From an uncultured Chloroflexia bacterium (GTDB taxonomy: Bacteria > Chloroflexota > Anaerolineae > JAAYZQ01): a stretch of 64,000 nucleotides of DNA. The position numbers and the translations under genes are program-made. Position 1 is the first letter of the stretch. Every line of letters begins with the position of its first letter. Shown one piece after another: positions 31,825-42,277 of this stretch. A model generated the notes under the pieces. That model saw only the letters and a program-made list of their open reading frames with translations, had not been told where the DNA came from and ran no database searches. The stretch covers positions 96,001 through 160,000 of the forward strand of contig CAVOXA010000022.1 of the NCBI GenBank assembly GCA_963700285.1, given 5' to 3'.

Positions 31825-34558
31825 GTGAGGCGTAAGGTGAAGAACGTAATCGTGGTACTCTGTGTACTGGTTCTAGTGGTCGCAGCCTGCGGCCCGTCGG
31901 GCGGGGACGAGAGCCCATCGCCGGCCGTCGAACCGGCGACTGAGGCGGCGAAAGTGCCGGTCCCGGCGACCGCCGAACCGGCCGTGGAAGGGGAGCGAAC
32001 CACCGTTCGCTTTGCGATCACGGATTGGGATCGCCCCCTGTACGAGAGCCTGATCGAAGCCTTTGAAGAGGAAAACCCCGACCTGCACGTGCAGGTGGTG
32101 TCGGCCAACGAGGTACTGGAACTGGGCCCCATTGGCCAGATCGACATACCCGAGGACGCGGACCAGCGCCTGGTGGCCGCCGCCGACGTGGTCGAGGTGA
32201 ACGTCACGCGCGAGGCCGTGGACCAGGGCCTGATCCGGGATCTTTCGCCGTTCCTCGACATCGATCCCGGCTCTCAGGCCAGTGACTTTTATCCCGGCGC
32301 GCTGGAGCGGGTCCAGTGGGCCGGTGGCACCTGGGCGCTGCCGATGACGCTCAACTACCGTCTCATCTTTTTCGACAAGGATGCTTTTGACGCGGCGGGC
32401 GTGCCCTATCCCGAAGCGGGCTGGTCGTGGGACGACCTGCAGGCCAAGGCCGAGGCGCTGACCGTGGGCGAGGGCGACGGGGTTGAGCGCTGGGGTTTCG
32501 TCCCCGGTGGGCTGGCCCACTGGATCATCCGCAGTCTGGCGGGCCCGCTGGCCGACGATGATGCCGAGCCGCCGCTCCCCCGTTTCGATGAGCCTGGCGT
32601 GATCGAGGCGGTGGATTGGTACGCCGACCTGCACCGCGAGGCGCAGGCGATGCCCTTCTTTGAGGCGGAGGAGGATGGGGACGGCGGGCTGCAGCTTTCG
32701 GAGCAGCAGGCCCTGATCGACAAGGGGCAGGCCGCCATGTGGGCCGAGACGGACCTGTCCTGGTGGCTGCGGTCGCAGCAACTCAACGTGGGTGTCGTGC
32801 CCTTCCCGTCCGGCACGCCGGAGGAAGCGACGACGCCCGTTTCGGCCAGCAGTCTGGCCATGAGCGCGGGGACGCAGCAACCGCAAGCGGCCTGGCGCTG
32901 GATGGAATACCTCAGCCGCCAGTCGCCACCCGGCCTGGCCCTTGGGATCAAGTTCCTGCCCGCCCGCCGGTCGACGGCGACGGCGAGCGGCTTCTGGGAT
33001 GACCTGGATGCCGAGTATGCGGAGGCCCTGCGTTACGCCATCGACCACAGCTACACCATGACCCCGCCCGTGGCCTACGATGCCTTTGAGGAGGCGCTGG
33101 TGGCCGTCCTCAGCGGCGAGCAGCCGGCCGACGCAGCGCTGGCCGCGGCCCAGGAACGGGCCGAGACCGAGATCCTGGGTGCGACCACAGCCGGGACCAC
33201 GCCTGTGCCTACCTTTGTCGTCGCCCCCGCCGAGGAAGAACCGCAAGCCGAAGGGGCCATGACCGTCACCTTTGTGCCTGGCCTGGGCTCGTTTAACCTG
33301 GAGCCCTACCGCGCTCTGGCCGATCAGTTTCACGGCGAGCATCCTGACATCGTCGTGGAGGTCAAGACCCTCGATTTCGCCGGGGGCGCGCCGGGCCTGA
33401 AGCGTATGGCCGCCAGCAGCGACTGCTTCGAGTGGTTCCCCAGCTTTGCCGATCCCGAGAACCGGGAAGCGATCCTGAACCTCAGCCCCCTGGCCGACGC
33501 CGATCCCGCCTTCACGACGGAGGACTATTATCCCGCGGTGCTGGAAGAGTTCACCTGGGAGGGGCAGCTCTGGGGCCTGCCGTCCGACATCACGCCCTTT
33601 GTCATCGAATACAACAAGGCGCTTTTCGAAGCCGAGGGCGTTGAGGAGCCGGCGGCCGGCTGGACCTGGGACGACTTTTTGGCCGCGGCCGTGGCGCTGA
33701 CCGGAGAAGAAGGGGAGAGCCAGCAGTACGGCTTTGTGGCCCAGGTCTACGAGCTCAACGACCTGCTGCTCATCGCCGAGCGGCTGGGGGCCAAGCTGCT
33801 GGATGACTCGGTTGATCCGCCCACCTTCTCCTTCACCGACCCGGAGACCGTCAAGGCCGTGCGCTGGTACGCGGCCCTGACCACCGAACACGGCGTCAAG
33901 CCGGTCTTTGTCACCGATCTGACCAACCTGCTGGGGGCCAGCTCGGCCTATATGGAGCGGCAGGGCCTCATCGACGAGGGGCTGGCGGGGATGTGGACCT
34001 CGTCGGTGGACTCGGTCCTTCTCTTTGGCGTGCGCAAGGACCCCAACGTGGGCGCGGTGCCCCTGCCCGCCCGGGCTGACGGCGGGGGCAGCGGCAGTTA
34101 CCTCGCGGCCAGCGGTTACTTTATCTCGGCCGGCACGGAGGGCCGCGAGGCGTGCTGGCAGTGGATCACCTACCTCAACGGGCAGCCCGGCGCCGTGCTG
34201 GGCCTTCCCGCCCGGCGCTCGCTGGCCGAGTCCGACGCCTTCCGGAATCAGGTGGGTCGCGGACCGGGCCGACGCCTTCCTGGCCGCCATCGGCGACGCC
34301 AGGCAGCCGTCGGCCTTCCAGGCCCTCAACCAGGAACCGTGGCTGGGCACCGCCATGCTCTGGTTGGGGCAGGCCTTCGGCCAGATCGTCGAGGGCGAGG
34401 CCAGTGTGGAGGATGCGCTGGACGGGGCGCAGAGGCTGGCCGAGGACTATCGGGCTTGCCTGATCGGCAAGGACGACTTTTCCGAGCAATCCGCCCGCTC
34501 CTGCGCCCAGGAGATGGATCCCTCTCTGCCTGACTTCCTGTTCGCCACAGGTGAGTAG
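31825..34558 (+). CDS. Lipoprotein with two tandem sugar-type extracellular solute-binding domains (frameshift near 34255)
   Basis: Lipobox VVAAC; duplicated F-x-x-E-x-PD, YPxxLE, W-x-LP, WxWDD and AxWxW motifs. Confidence 0.88.
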
Positions 34559-34654
34559 CCCTCACAATCCGGACCTGCCAGGTTTTCCGAAACCTGGCAG
34601 GTCTGCTGCGGGCAATACGAGACAGCGCTTCTCCTACTTCCTTGCCGTGGGGCG

Positions 34655-35827
34655 CTAAATAACCTCAATGGGGATATAGGGCTCGCGCCAGTCCTTCCAA
34701 CAGCCCACGAGCCGGCAGCCTGTTTCGGTGACAAGGACAGTGTCTTTGGAACAGAGCAGTTCTCCGTCCGGCCCGCGGACCCACGGCGTGAGGACCAGGA
34801 CCATGCCCGGCTTGAGTTCGGTGTGATCGTCAGCGGCCAGGTAGGGCGCCTCGTCTGTGGCGACGCCGATGCCGTGGCCCGCGCCAAGCTGGCTGACAGA
34901 ATCAATACCGCCCGCCTTGGCCGCGTCCAGCGCGGCGCGAAAGACCGTGCTGCACAACACGCCAGGCTTGATGCTCCCCAGGAGGGCGTCCCTGAGGGTC
35001 ACCAGTTCCTCGCAGGCCGCTGCCTGCTCCGGCGTGGGCTGGCCCATGACCAGGATTCTGCCGGCATCGGACCAATAGCCGTCGCGGGTAGCCCGCATGC
35101 CCAGCCGTACCATCTGGCCCGGCGCCAGCTTTTCGGTGCTGCTGTAGCCATGGTTCAAGCCGTGGAGGGGACACAGGGGCCACAGCTTCCGGGCCGCCGG
35201 TCCCCCAGCAACCTGGGCAACGCTGTGATAGCCTGTCTCGACGAGCCCCCGCTCCAGGCAGTGGACGCGGATCTGCTCCGATTCCGTCAGTTGGGTACGC
35301 GGTGAGGCTACGACGACGTGGTGGAGCGAGCCGTTGATGCCATGGTCGGTAGTGTAGGCCACGTCCTCCAGAATTGCCATCTCCGGGCCCGTCTTGCGCA
35401 TGCGGAGGCTCCGGAGCCATTCATCACAGGCCACCAGCTTTGTCTCCGGCAGGGCCTGTTCCAATGCCTCAAAGAGGTCACAGGGCGCGCGATGCGTGTC
35501 GATGCCGATGGTGCATGGTCCCTCGACCAGGCTGGCCACGGCCGTCACGGCGCCGCGAGGATCGTCGCCGCTGGGGACGTAGGCAATCGTCCGATCGATG
35601 CGGCCCAGGTGGCGGACGGTACTCTCCAGTTCAGGGGGGCAGACGAGCGTGGGCGCGCCCTCTTGGGGCCAGAAGAGCATCAGGCGCTGATCGGGCCGGT
35701 AGGGGAGAAAGGGCAGTTGCACGCCCGACAGGTACTGGACATTGTCCGCGCCGGTGAGCAGGAGGGCATCATAGCTGGAGCCCTGCAAGGCGGCTTGGAG
35801 CTTTTCTGTAATGCCTGGATCTACCAT
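34655..35827 (-). CDS. M24 (Xaa-Pro peptidase/creatinase fold) protein
   Basis: Creatinase-type N domain, RMRKT, GYWSDAGR, GHGIG, EAPYL, LKPGMV. Confidence 0.85.
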   Translation of the reverse strand: MVDPGITEKLQAALQGSSYDALLLTGADNVQYLSGVQLPFLPYRPDQRLMLFWPQEGAPTLVCPPELESTVRHLGRIDRTIAYVPSGDDPRGAVTAVASLVEGPCTIGIDTHRAPCDLFEALEQALPETKLVACDEWLRSLRMRKTGPEMAILEDVAYTTDHGINGSLHHVVVASPRTQLTESEQIRVHCLERGLVETGYHSVAQVAGGPAARKLWPLCPLHGLNHGYSSTEKLAPGQMVRLGMRATRDGYWSDAGRILVMGQPTPEQAAACEELVTLRDALLGSIKPGVLCSTVFRAALDAAKAGGIDSVSQLGAGHGIGVATDEAPYLAADDHTELKPGMVLVLTPWVRGPDGELLCSKDTVLVTETGCRLVGCWKDWREPYIPIEVI

Positions 35828-36082
35828 CGGTTCCCTCTCTTTGACCTGAAGCTCGCAGTTTAATTCTATATGACTGAAACAGTCTGAGCATTCTCAGCTG
35901 AGGGAACGGCTTCTCCTGTTAGGTGGAGATTCTTCGCCTCCGCTACGCTCCGGCTCAGAATGACCTGTTTCTAGGAGCTTGGGCTGATACCTGTTCAGCC
36001 GAGTTCTACTACCGGTTTGAGTTGTCAAAAAGCGTAAGCGCCGACTATGTACCTTTGCTCGCTTTATGCTACGACCAGCCCA

Positions 36083-37244
36083 CTATCCATGCCTGGCCGT
36101 GACGCCAACCACGGCGTAGAGGCGATCCCAGTTCCGGTACCAGCTCAGGAGCCGGGGGCCTTGGTCTCCGACGACAAAGGTATCCACGGAGCGGATCAGC
36201 TCCTGGTGGGGCCCGTAGGTCAGGATGTCCAGGGCCAGGACCATGCCAGGCCGGAGCTGCGTGAGGTCGTGGCCGTCCAGATAGGGCGCTTCCCGTTCGC
36301 TCGTGCCCACGCCGTGCCCGATGCCGGCGCCTTTCAGGAGGCGGATGCCCTCCCTGTCCGCCATGGCTGCGACCGCGCCAAAGACATCCTGGCCGGTCAC
36401 ACCCGGGCGGAGCTTTTCAATGGCGACGGTTTTGAGGGATAGGTTCTCGCGATATGCCTGTCGTTCTGCCTCGGTAGGCTGGCCGATGGATACGGTGCGA
36501 CCCGCGCTGGACCAGTAGCCCCGGTACTCGTTGGTCAGGTCGAAGCGCAGCAGGTTCCCCTCGGCGAGACTGCCATGGGGCGCGACGTGGTAGTGCTGGG
36601 CGTCGGTTCCCTGTACGGCGCCAAGGTGGCCGGTTGCCGAACCGCCAAACTCGCCCACGTGGACGCGCACCCGTTCCGCGGCCTCGGCCAGGCTGTAGCT
36701 CACGGCATCCACCGTTCCCTCGGTGTGGTTCAGGGCGGAAACGATGCCCCGGTCGGCTTGGCGGGCTGCCTGCTCCAGGAGATGCTGTTCGGCGGAGGTC
36801 TTGACGATTCGCAGCGCCCGGAGCATCTCGTCGCAAGCCTGCCACCGCACGCCGGGCAGGGCCTGTCTCAGCGCGTCCATGATGGCCACGGGCATCCGGG
36901 AGGCATCAAAGCCGATGCGGGCCTGTGACAGGCCCATGTCCGAGATGGCCTTGGTTGTCGCGGAGAGCAGGGCCGCGTAGGGCTTGCCCGCGGGGTAGCT
37001 GACCAGGTCACCCGTGCCAGCCCTGGTCGCGGATGGCCCCCGACCAGCCAAAGGGGGTCACGATGCGGGCGCCGCTCCCCTTTGGAACCAGGGCGAGCGC
37101 CCTGTGGTCCGGATAGTTGGGAGCAAAGGGCAGCACGGTCCGGGTGAGGTAGGTCAAGTTGTCGGGCCCGATGGTCAGAAGCGCATCGTACCCATGGCGC
37201 TCCATGGCCTGCTGTAGCTTGGTCTGTCGTTCGTCCATTGACAT
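36083..37244 (-). CDS. M24 (Xaa-Pro peptidase/creatinase fold) protein (frameshift near 37015)
   Basis: RIVKT, GYWSSAGR, GHGVG, EAPYL, LRPGMV. Confidence 0.82.
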
Positions 37245-37474
37245 GCCTGTCTCCTATGGTGAGTCACGGCGATCGGGTCTGCCCGAGCCATCCGGTCAGG
37301 TCAGATTGTACCACAGGTTGGTGTGGGCCTCAAGGCAGGCTTGTGGGCAATCGCCCGGCCATCATGGTGCAGGCAGCCGGTTCCTCGCTGCAAAGACGCC
37401 AAGACCACCCAGAGAAGAAGGCAAGGATTTGCGTTCTTGGCGCCCAGGCGGTGCTGGGCAGATTTCTGTCGAAT

Positions 37475-37822
37475 TCAGTACCCAGCACCGGCTCTTCCAG
37501 GACCGCCACCTTCTCGGCAGGGCCGGCGTTGGCTTCCCTGAGCGCATCTCCCCGCAGCGGCTCCACCTCCAGCCGCTGGCCGGCGTCGAGGGGCCAGCAG
37601 CATGCCGCGCAGCTCGCGGATCCCCCTGCTCCTGCCGAAAAAGAAGCGATGGTGTTTTTCCCGGAAGGGCACCATGCCGGGGTAGGGGCAGGGGGGTGGG
37701 GGCTCAGTCCCGGGGACGGACTTTTGCAGTTCTTGGCAGAGCCGGGCCATGACGCTGGGCCAGTTGGCCTCGCCGCTGGCATCCAGCCGGGTCATCGGCT
37801 TCAGATCGGGCGGCAGGGTCAC
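37475..37822 (-). pseudogene. Relic of an nSTAND1-type NTPase gene
   Basis: PCPYPGMVPF...FFFGR motif with no intact P-loop after it; abuts a palindromic element at 37823. Confidence 0.5.
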
Positions 37823-37940
37823 CTGTCATCGCGAGGAGCGAGAGCTGTTTGCGAGCGACAGCCTGTCCTGAGCAAAGCGACAGGAAAGCGATCTCTACGA
37901 TTTCAAGGGGAGATTGCTTCGGTTCCCTCGCAATGACAGG
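37823..37940. repeat. Palindromic MITE/RPE-like element with nested CCTGTCCTGAGCAAAGCGACAGGA hairpin
   Basis: CTGTCATCGCGAG ... CTCGCAATGACAG inverted termini. Confidence 0.65.
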
Positions 37941-38078
37941 ATTTGGGTGCGATTGCCCTGGGTAGCCGGCCCTGCCCGGTTGCAGGGTTCCAAAACCTGT
38001 GGTACCATGGCTGAATCTATGCTGAGAGCCGATGGTCTTTTTTCGTGCCCCCGGTCCGGCTGACCCAAGGGAGAAGCT

Positions 38079-38861
38079 ATGCAGATCCTGGAGAACTATG
38101 ACGAATGGAAGGCTACCTTTCAGGCTGGTTGGCTGGCTCATCTCCAAGAGACGGGTGAGATCGATTGGTCGCTGTACAACCGTCCCGACAACAAAACCGC
38201 CCCTGCAGGGCCGGGCGTCGATCTGGCCCAGAGCCGCCTGATGCTCATCACCACCTCGGGGGCCTACCTGCCGGCAGAGCAGGAGCCCTTTGATGCGGCC
38301 AACCCCCTGGGCGACTATAGCATCCGCCTTTGGCCCTCGTCCACACCCCTGGAGGTACTGGCCTACTCCCACGACCACTATGACCAGGCGGCGGTAAAGG
38401 CTGACCCGCAGGTGCTTCTGCCGTTGGGCCACCTGGAGGAGCTGGTCGGTGAGGGCGCCATCGGCGAGCTGGCCCCCTCCGTGGTCAGTTTCATGGGCTA
38501 CCAGCCGGACGTTTCCCGCGTGGTGGACGAGATGATCCCACAGATTGTGGCGGCCGCGCAGGCAGAGAAAGTGCAGGCCGTGCTGCTGGTTCCCGCCTGA
38601 CCGCTTTGCTCCCAGTCCGTTGGGCTGGCTGCAAGGGCGCTAGAGATGGCGGGCATGGCCACGACGCTGACGAGCTGGAACGCGGGAGTCACCCGCCTGA
38701 CGGCGCCGCCCCGGGCTACCTTTACCCGGCTGGAACGGGGGGCCACGCTGGGCCAGCCCCACGATGCCGCCCAGCAGCGATGCGTGCTGGATGCGACGCT
38801 GGACCTGCTGGCGCAGGACGCGCCGCTTGAGCCGGTCAACATGCGGCAGATCTGTGCCTAG
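38079..38861 (+). CDS. PrdB/GrdB-family reductase selenoprotein B; Sec at UGA 38598-38600
   Basis: LITTSGAY, GDYSIR, HDHYD, DPQVLLPL, SFMGY, then VLLVPA-UGA-PLCSQSVGLAARALE (UxxC); frame stays open to 38861. Confidence 0.88.
38612..38628 (+). promoter_or_regulatory. Bacterial SECIS hairpin
   Basis: CCAGTCC-GTT-GGGCTGG stem-loop beginning 11 nt after the in-frame UGA. Confidence 0.75.
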
Positions 38862-38957
38862 CAGGAACCCGGTCGTTGCCGCGCCGGAATCGGGAGGCGT
38901 TCTGCGACTCGCGGATGCCGGGTCGTACCAAGGAGAGTCTGTGGATGGCGCTAGACT

Positions 38958-39066
38958 GTTCGTAGCGGGCGCCCTTCGGCTTCGCTCAGGCGATGCTTCA
39001 GCGCCGTCTTCTGGGCATGATGTGACCGGCGCGCGGGAAAAGCGCGCTGAAGCGCGCACTACGAAC
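38958..39066. repeat. REPIN-like inverted pair of GTAG REPs (same family as the 74-bp array)
   Basis: GTTCGTAGCGGGCG... and GCGCGCTGAAGCGCGCACTACGAAC. Confidence 0.7.
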
Positions 39067-39114
39067 CTGTCCGTAAGGTTACATAATTCGAGAACCATGG
39101 ACTGGTGAGGAACC

Positions 39115-40125
39115 ATGGCAGAGACGACGCAAGAAACAGCCAGACGAGGGTGCTGGCCGGCGACCAGCGCCATCACCTGGGCGGATCGTTGGGACCATGT
39201 CCTGGCGCGGTGGGCAGTGAATCGGAGCGGCCACCGGGTTGAGCCGGGTCTCTATGCGTTGGCCGCTCCTGACGCGTCATCCCCTGTGTTTGTGACGGCC
39301 AACTATACGCTGAGCTTTGACGCGCTCAGGGCCTCGCTGGCCGGGATCGATGGCTACATCCTGGTTCTGGACACAAAGGGCATCAACGTCTGGTGCGCCG
39401 CGGGCAAGGGGACTTTTGGTACCGACGAGCTGGTGCATCGTATTCAGGCCACAAGCCTGCGGGAGGTCGTCGACCACCGGATGCTGGTCCTGCCCCAATT
39501 GGGCGCCCCTGGCGTGGCTGCCCACGAGGTGAAGGAGCGCTCGGGCTTTGCAGTCGAGTACGGTCCGGTCCGCGCAGCGGACCTGCCCGAGTACCTGAAA
39601 ACCCGCCGGGCCACGCCAGAAATGCGCCGGGTCCGCTTTGGCCTGCGCGATCGCCTGGCCCTGATCCCGGTGGAGTTGGTACATACCCTGCTGCCCATGG
39701 CCATCGCCGCTTTCCTGCTCTATTGGCTGGGCGGCTGGCTGGCATCCCTGGCCGTGGTGGCCGCGATTCTAGCCGGTGTTGTGCTGTTTCCCTTGCTGCT
39801 GCCCTGGCTACCCACTCGTGATTTCAGCAGCAAGGGCTTTATCCTGGGCATCGTGGTGGCTGTTCCCTTCGCCCTGGCTGTTTTGGGTGGCCGCCCAGAC
39901 CTGATTTGGTGGCAGCGAGCCGGGAGCGCGCTTGTCTATCTGCTGGTCATGCCGGCGATCACGGCCTTCCTGGCCTTGAACTTTACCGGTTCGACGACCT
40001 TCACCTCGCGCACCGGCGTCAGGCGCGAGATCTTTTGCTATGCTCCCATGATGGTCCTGAGCTTTGGTGCCGGCGTCGTGGCAGCCCTCGTTCTCACGGT
40101 CCTGGACTTGATTGGAGTCGCCTGA
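39115..40125 (+). CDS. hgcA: Mercury methylation corrinoid protein HgcA
   Basis: Cap-helix motif GINVWCAAGKGTFGT; VTANYTLSFD, LPQLGAPGV, YGPVRA; C-terminal TM domain with NFTGSTTFTS. Confidence 0.97.
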   Translation: MAETTQETARRGCWPATSAITWADRWDHVLARWAVNRSGHRVEPGLYALAAPDASSPVFVTANYTLSFDALRASLAGIDGYILVLDTKGINVWCAAGKGTFGTDELVHRIQATSLREVVDHRMLVLPQLGAPGVAAHEVKERSGFAVEYGPVRAADLPEYLKTRRATPEMRRVRFGLRDRLALIPVELVHTLLPMAIAAFLLYWLGGWLASLAVVAAILAGVVLFPLLLPWLPTRDFSSKGFILGIVVAVPFALAVLGGRPDLIWWQRAGSALVYLLVMPAITAFLALNFTGSTTFTSRTGVRREIFCYAPMMVLSFGAGVVAALVLTVLDLIGVA

Positions 40126-40412
40126 TGCTCCAGACTGCGGTGTCAAACACCCTTCGCTACGACCCGGAGCAATGCATCGGCTGCGAGATGTGTGTCCTTG
40201 TCTGCCCCCACGCAGTATTTTCATTGAACGGGCGCCTGGCCAGGCTGGTACGGCCCGAAGCCTGCATGGAGTGTGGCGCCTGCCAGTTGAACTGCCCGGC
40301 AGGCGCGATCCAGGTCGATAGCGGCACCGGCTGTGCGTCAGCCATGTTCAAAGCGGCGCTGATGGGCCAAAAAGACCCCACCTGCGGCGGCCGGGAAACC
40401 TGCTGCGGGTAG
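40125..40412 (+). CDS. hgcB: Mercury methylation ferredoxin HgcB
   Basis: CIGCEMCVLVCP, CMECGACQLNCP, GTGCA and terminal CC; ATG overlaps the hgcA stop (TGATG). Confidence 0.97.
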   Translation: MLQTAVSNTLRYDPEQCIGCEMCVLVCPHAVFSLNGRLARLVRPEACMECGACQLNCPAGAIQVDSGTGCASAMFKAALMGQKDPTCGGRETCCG

Positions 40413-40641
40413 ACGGAGGGCCAGCGTAGCGCCTGCCGCGCTCTGAGCTTGTTTGCCTGAACGGTCCTATCTCGCCGGGCTGCCCCGCTGCCCGGCCCTT
40501 GTCCCCCCCTTGGTCTTTCCCCTCCTCTTCTGACGGCGTTCCCTTCCGCGACGCGCCGTGTGGTCTCTTCCACATGTGACTCGCTGTGTGTTCTTTCGGC
40601 ATGGGTCTGCGGCTTCTCCGCCGCCCAAGGCTGCGTCATAC

Positions 40642-40690
40642 TTGACGGGTTCACGTCCGACTCGCATAATGAATAATAGAACATATGTTC
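40642..40690 (+). promoter_or_regulatory. Sigma70 promoter with LexA (SOS) box
   Basis: TTGACG 40642-47, 17 bp spacer, CATAAT 40665-70; GAAC-ATAT-GTTC palindrome 40679-40690. Confidence 0.8.
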
Positions 40691-40805
40691 GTTGCGTGAT
40701 TCGGATCAGCAAAGCGTCTCACATTCGCGTCACGGACGCCACTGCTAGAGGGGACCGATGCAAAAACGTGAACCTGCCCCAAAACCTGCACCAGATTCTG
40801 CCGCG

Positions 40806-42222
40806 ATGCCATCCGGGGAAGCCACCGATTCAACAAAATCCCTAAAGCACCGCTTAGCCCACATCCTCTTCGGCGATATCATCGCCGAACAACTGGCCGC
40901 AGTCACCGCCACCGTCAACGACTCTAACGCCGGCTGGCAAGCTCTCACCTCCGCCGGCCCCCACGACCGCGACTTCTGCCGAATGGTACCAGGACCAAGC
41001 CGACGCCCTCGAGGCATGGCGCAAAAACTTCCAAGTCCGCCGAATCGTCACCCTCACCCGCTCCTACGTCCTCGGTGGAGGCATTACCCTGTCCTCCGGC
41101 AACCGCGCCGTCCAGAACTTTGTCAATGACTTTACCAACCACCCCAAGAACCAACTCAACCGTCGCCTCGGCCCGATCTGCGACGAACTCACACGCGCCG
41201 GCGAGGTCTTCCCTGTCCTCTTTACCAACCGCATAGACGGGATGTCCTACCTCCGCTTTGTGCCAGCCAGCCAGATCGCCGAAATCGTCACCGACCCCGA
41301 CGACTATGAAACGGAACTCGCCTACCTCGAGACCCAAGCCAACATGCTCGAGCCCAAGCGCTGGCTGGCCGCCGCTGACCCAGACGCCTGGGCGCCAGAC
41401 GCCAGCGGCCAACTGCCACCCGTCATGCTTCACTTTGCGGTCAACCGCCCCATTGGCGCCACACGCGGCGAGGGAGACTTGACCCCCGTACTCCGCTGGG
41501 CCCTGAGATATTCCAACTGGCTGGAGGATCGCGTCCGCCTCAACAAGATCCGCACCCGTCAAGGGATCTACGAAGTCGAGCTTGCCGACGATACCAAGGT
41601 CCTCGAGCGCAAACGCCAATACGAAGCCCAAGACCCCATCCGCTCGGGTATCGTCGTCCATGGGCCAGGTGAAGAACACGAGATGCACCAGATCAACATC
41701 GGCGCCGGCGACGCCGCAGACGACGGCAAAACCCTCCGCCTGGCCGTAGCCACGGGCGCTAACTCTGCCCTCCATTACATGGGCGAAGGCGAATCAGCCA
41801 ACTATGCCACAGCCCGCGAAATGGGCGAACCCACGGCACGATTCTACACCGAACGACAAAACCAACTCTGCCAAATGCTCATGGATCTTGTCGAAGTCGC
41901 CTACCGACGCAAGGCCGCCATGGGACTCGCAAGGCTGCCGGCCGGCGAAGACTTCAAGCTGCGCGCCGTGGCCACCGAAACCGCCAGAGCTGACAACGCC
42001 GGCCTGGCCGAAGCGACTCGCAACGCCGCCGAGGCATTCGCCATCATGCGAGAGAAAGGATGGATTGACAGCCAAACCGCAGTAAGACTCATCCTCAAAT
42101 TCGCCGGAGAAGCCCTGTCAGACCAGGAAATCCAGGAAATCCTAGACCGTGCCGAGCCGCCAGCCCCTGAGAAGCCGCCTGAGCCAACGACCGCAGAAAA
42201 AGACCAGGAGCCCGCACAGTGA
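40806..42222 (+). CDS. Phage portal-like protein (frameshift near 40976)
   Basis: Joined frames give about 470 aa: ALEAWRKNFQVRRIVTLTRSYVLGGGI, DELTRAGEVF, HFAVNRPIGATRGEGDL, GEGESANYATA. Confidence 0.72.
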
Positions 42223-42277
42223 CCGCCCCTTTCGCCCTTCAATTCGTAAAATTCGTAAAATTCGTGGCAAGCATCCA

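Noticed and set aside
3663-34356. Long antisense ORFs such as 3663-5792, 26702-27889 and 31873-34356
   Set aside because: Shadow frames of real genes in high-GC DNA, with no motifs or RBS
39115-40125. Alternative call as acetyl-CoA synthase corrinoid subunit (CdhD/CdhE)
   Set aside because: The NVWCAAGK motif, C-terminal TM domain and coupled hgcB are diagnostic of HgcA
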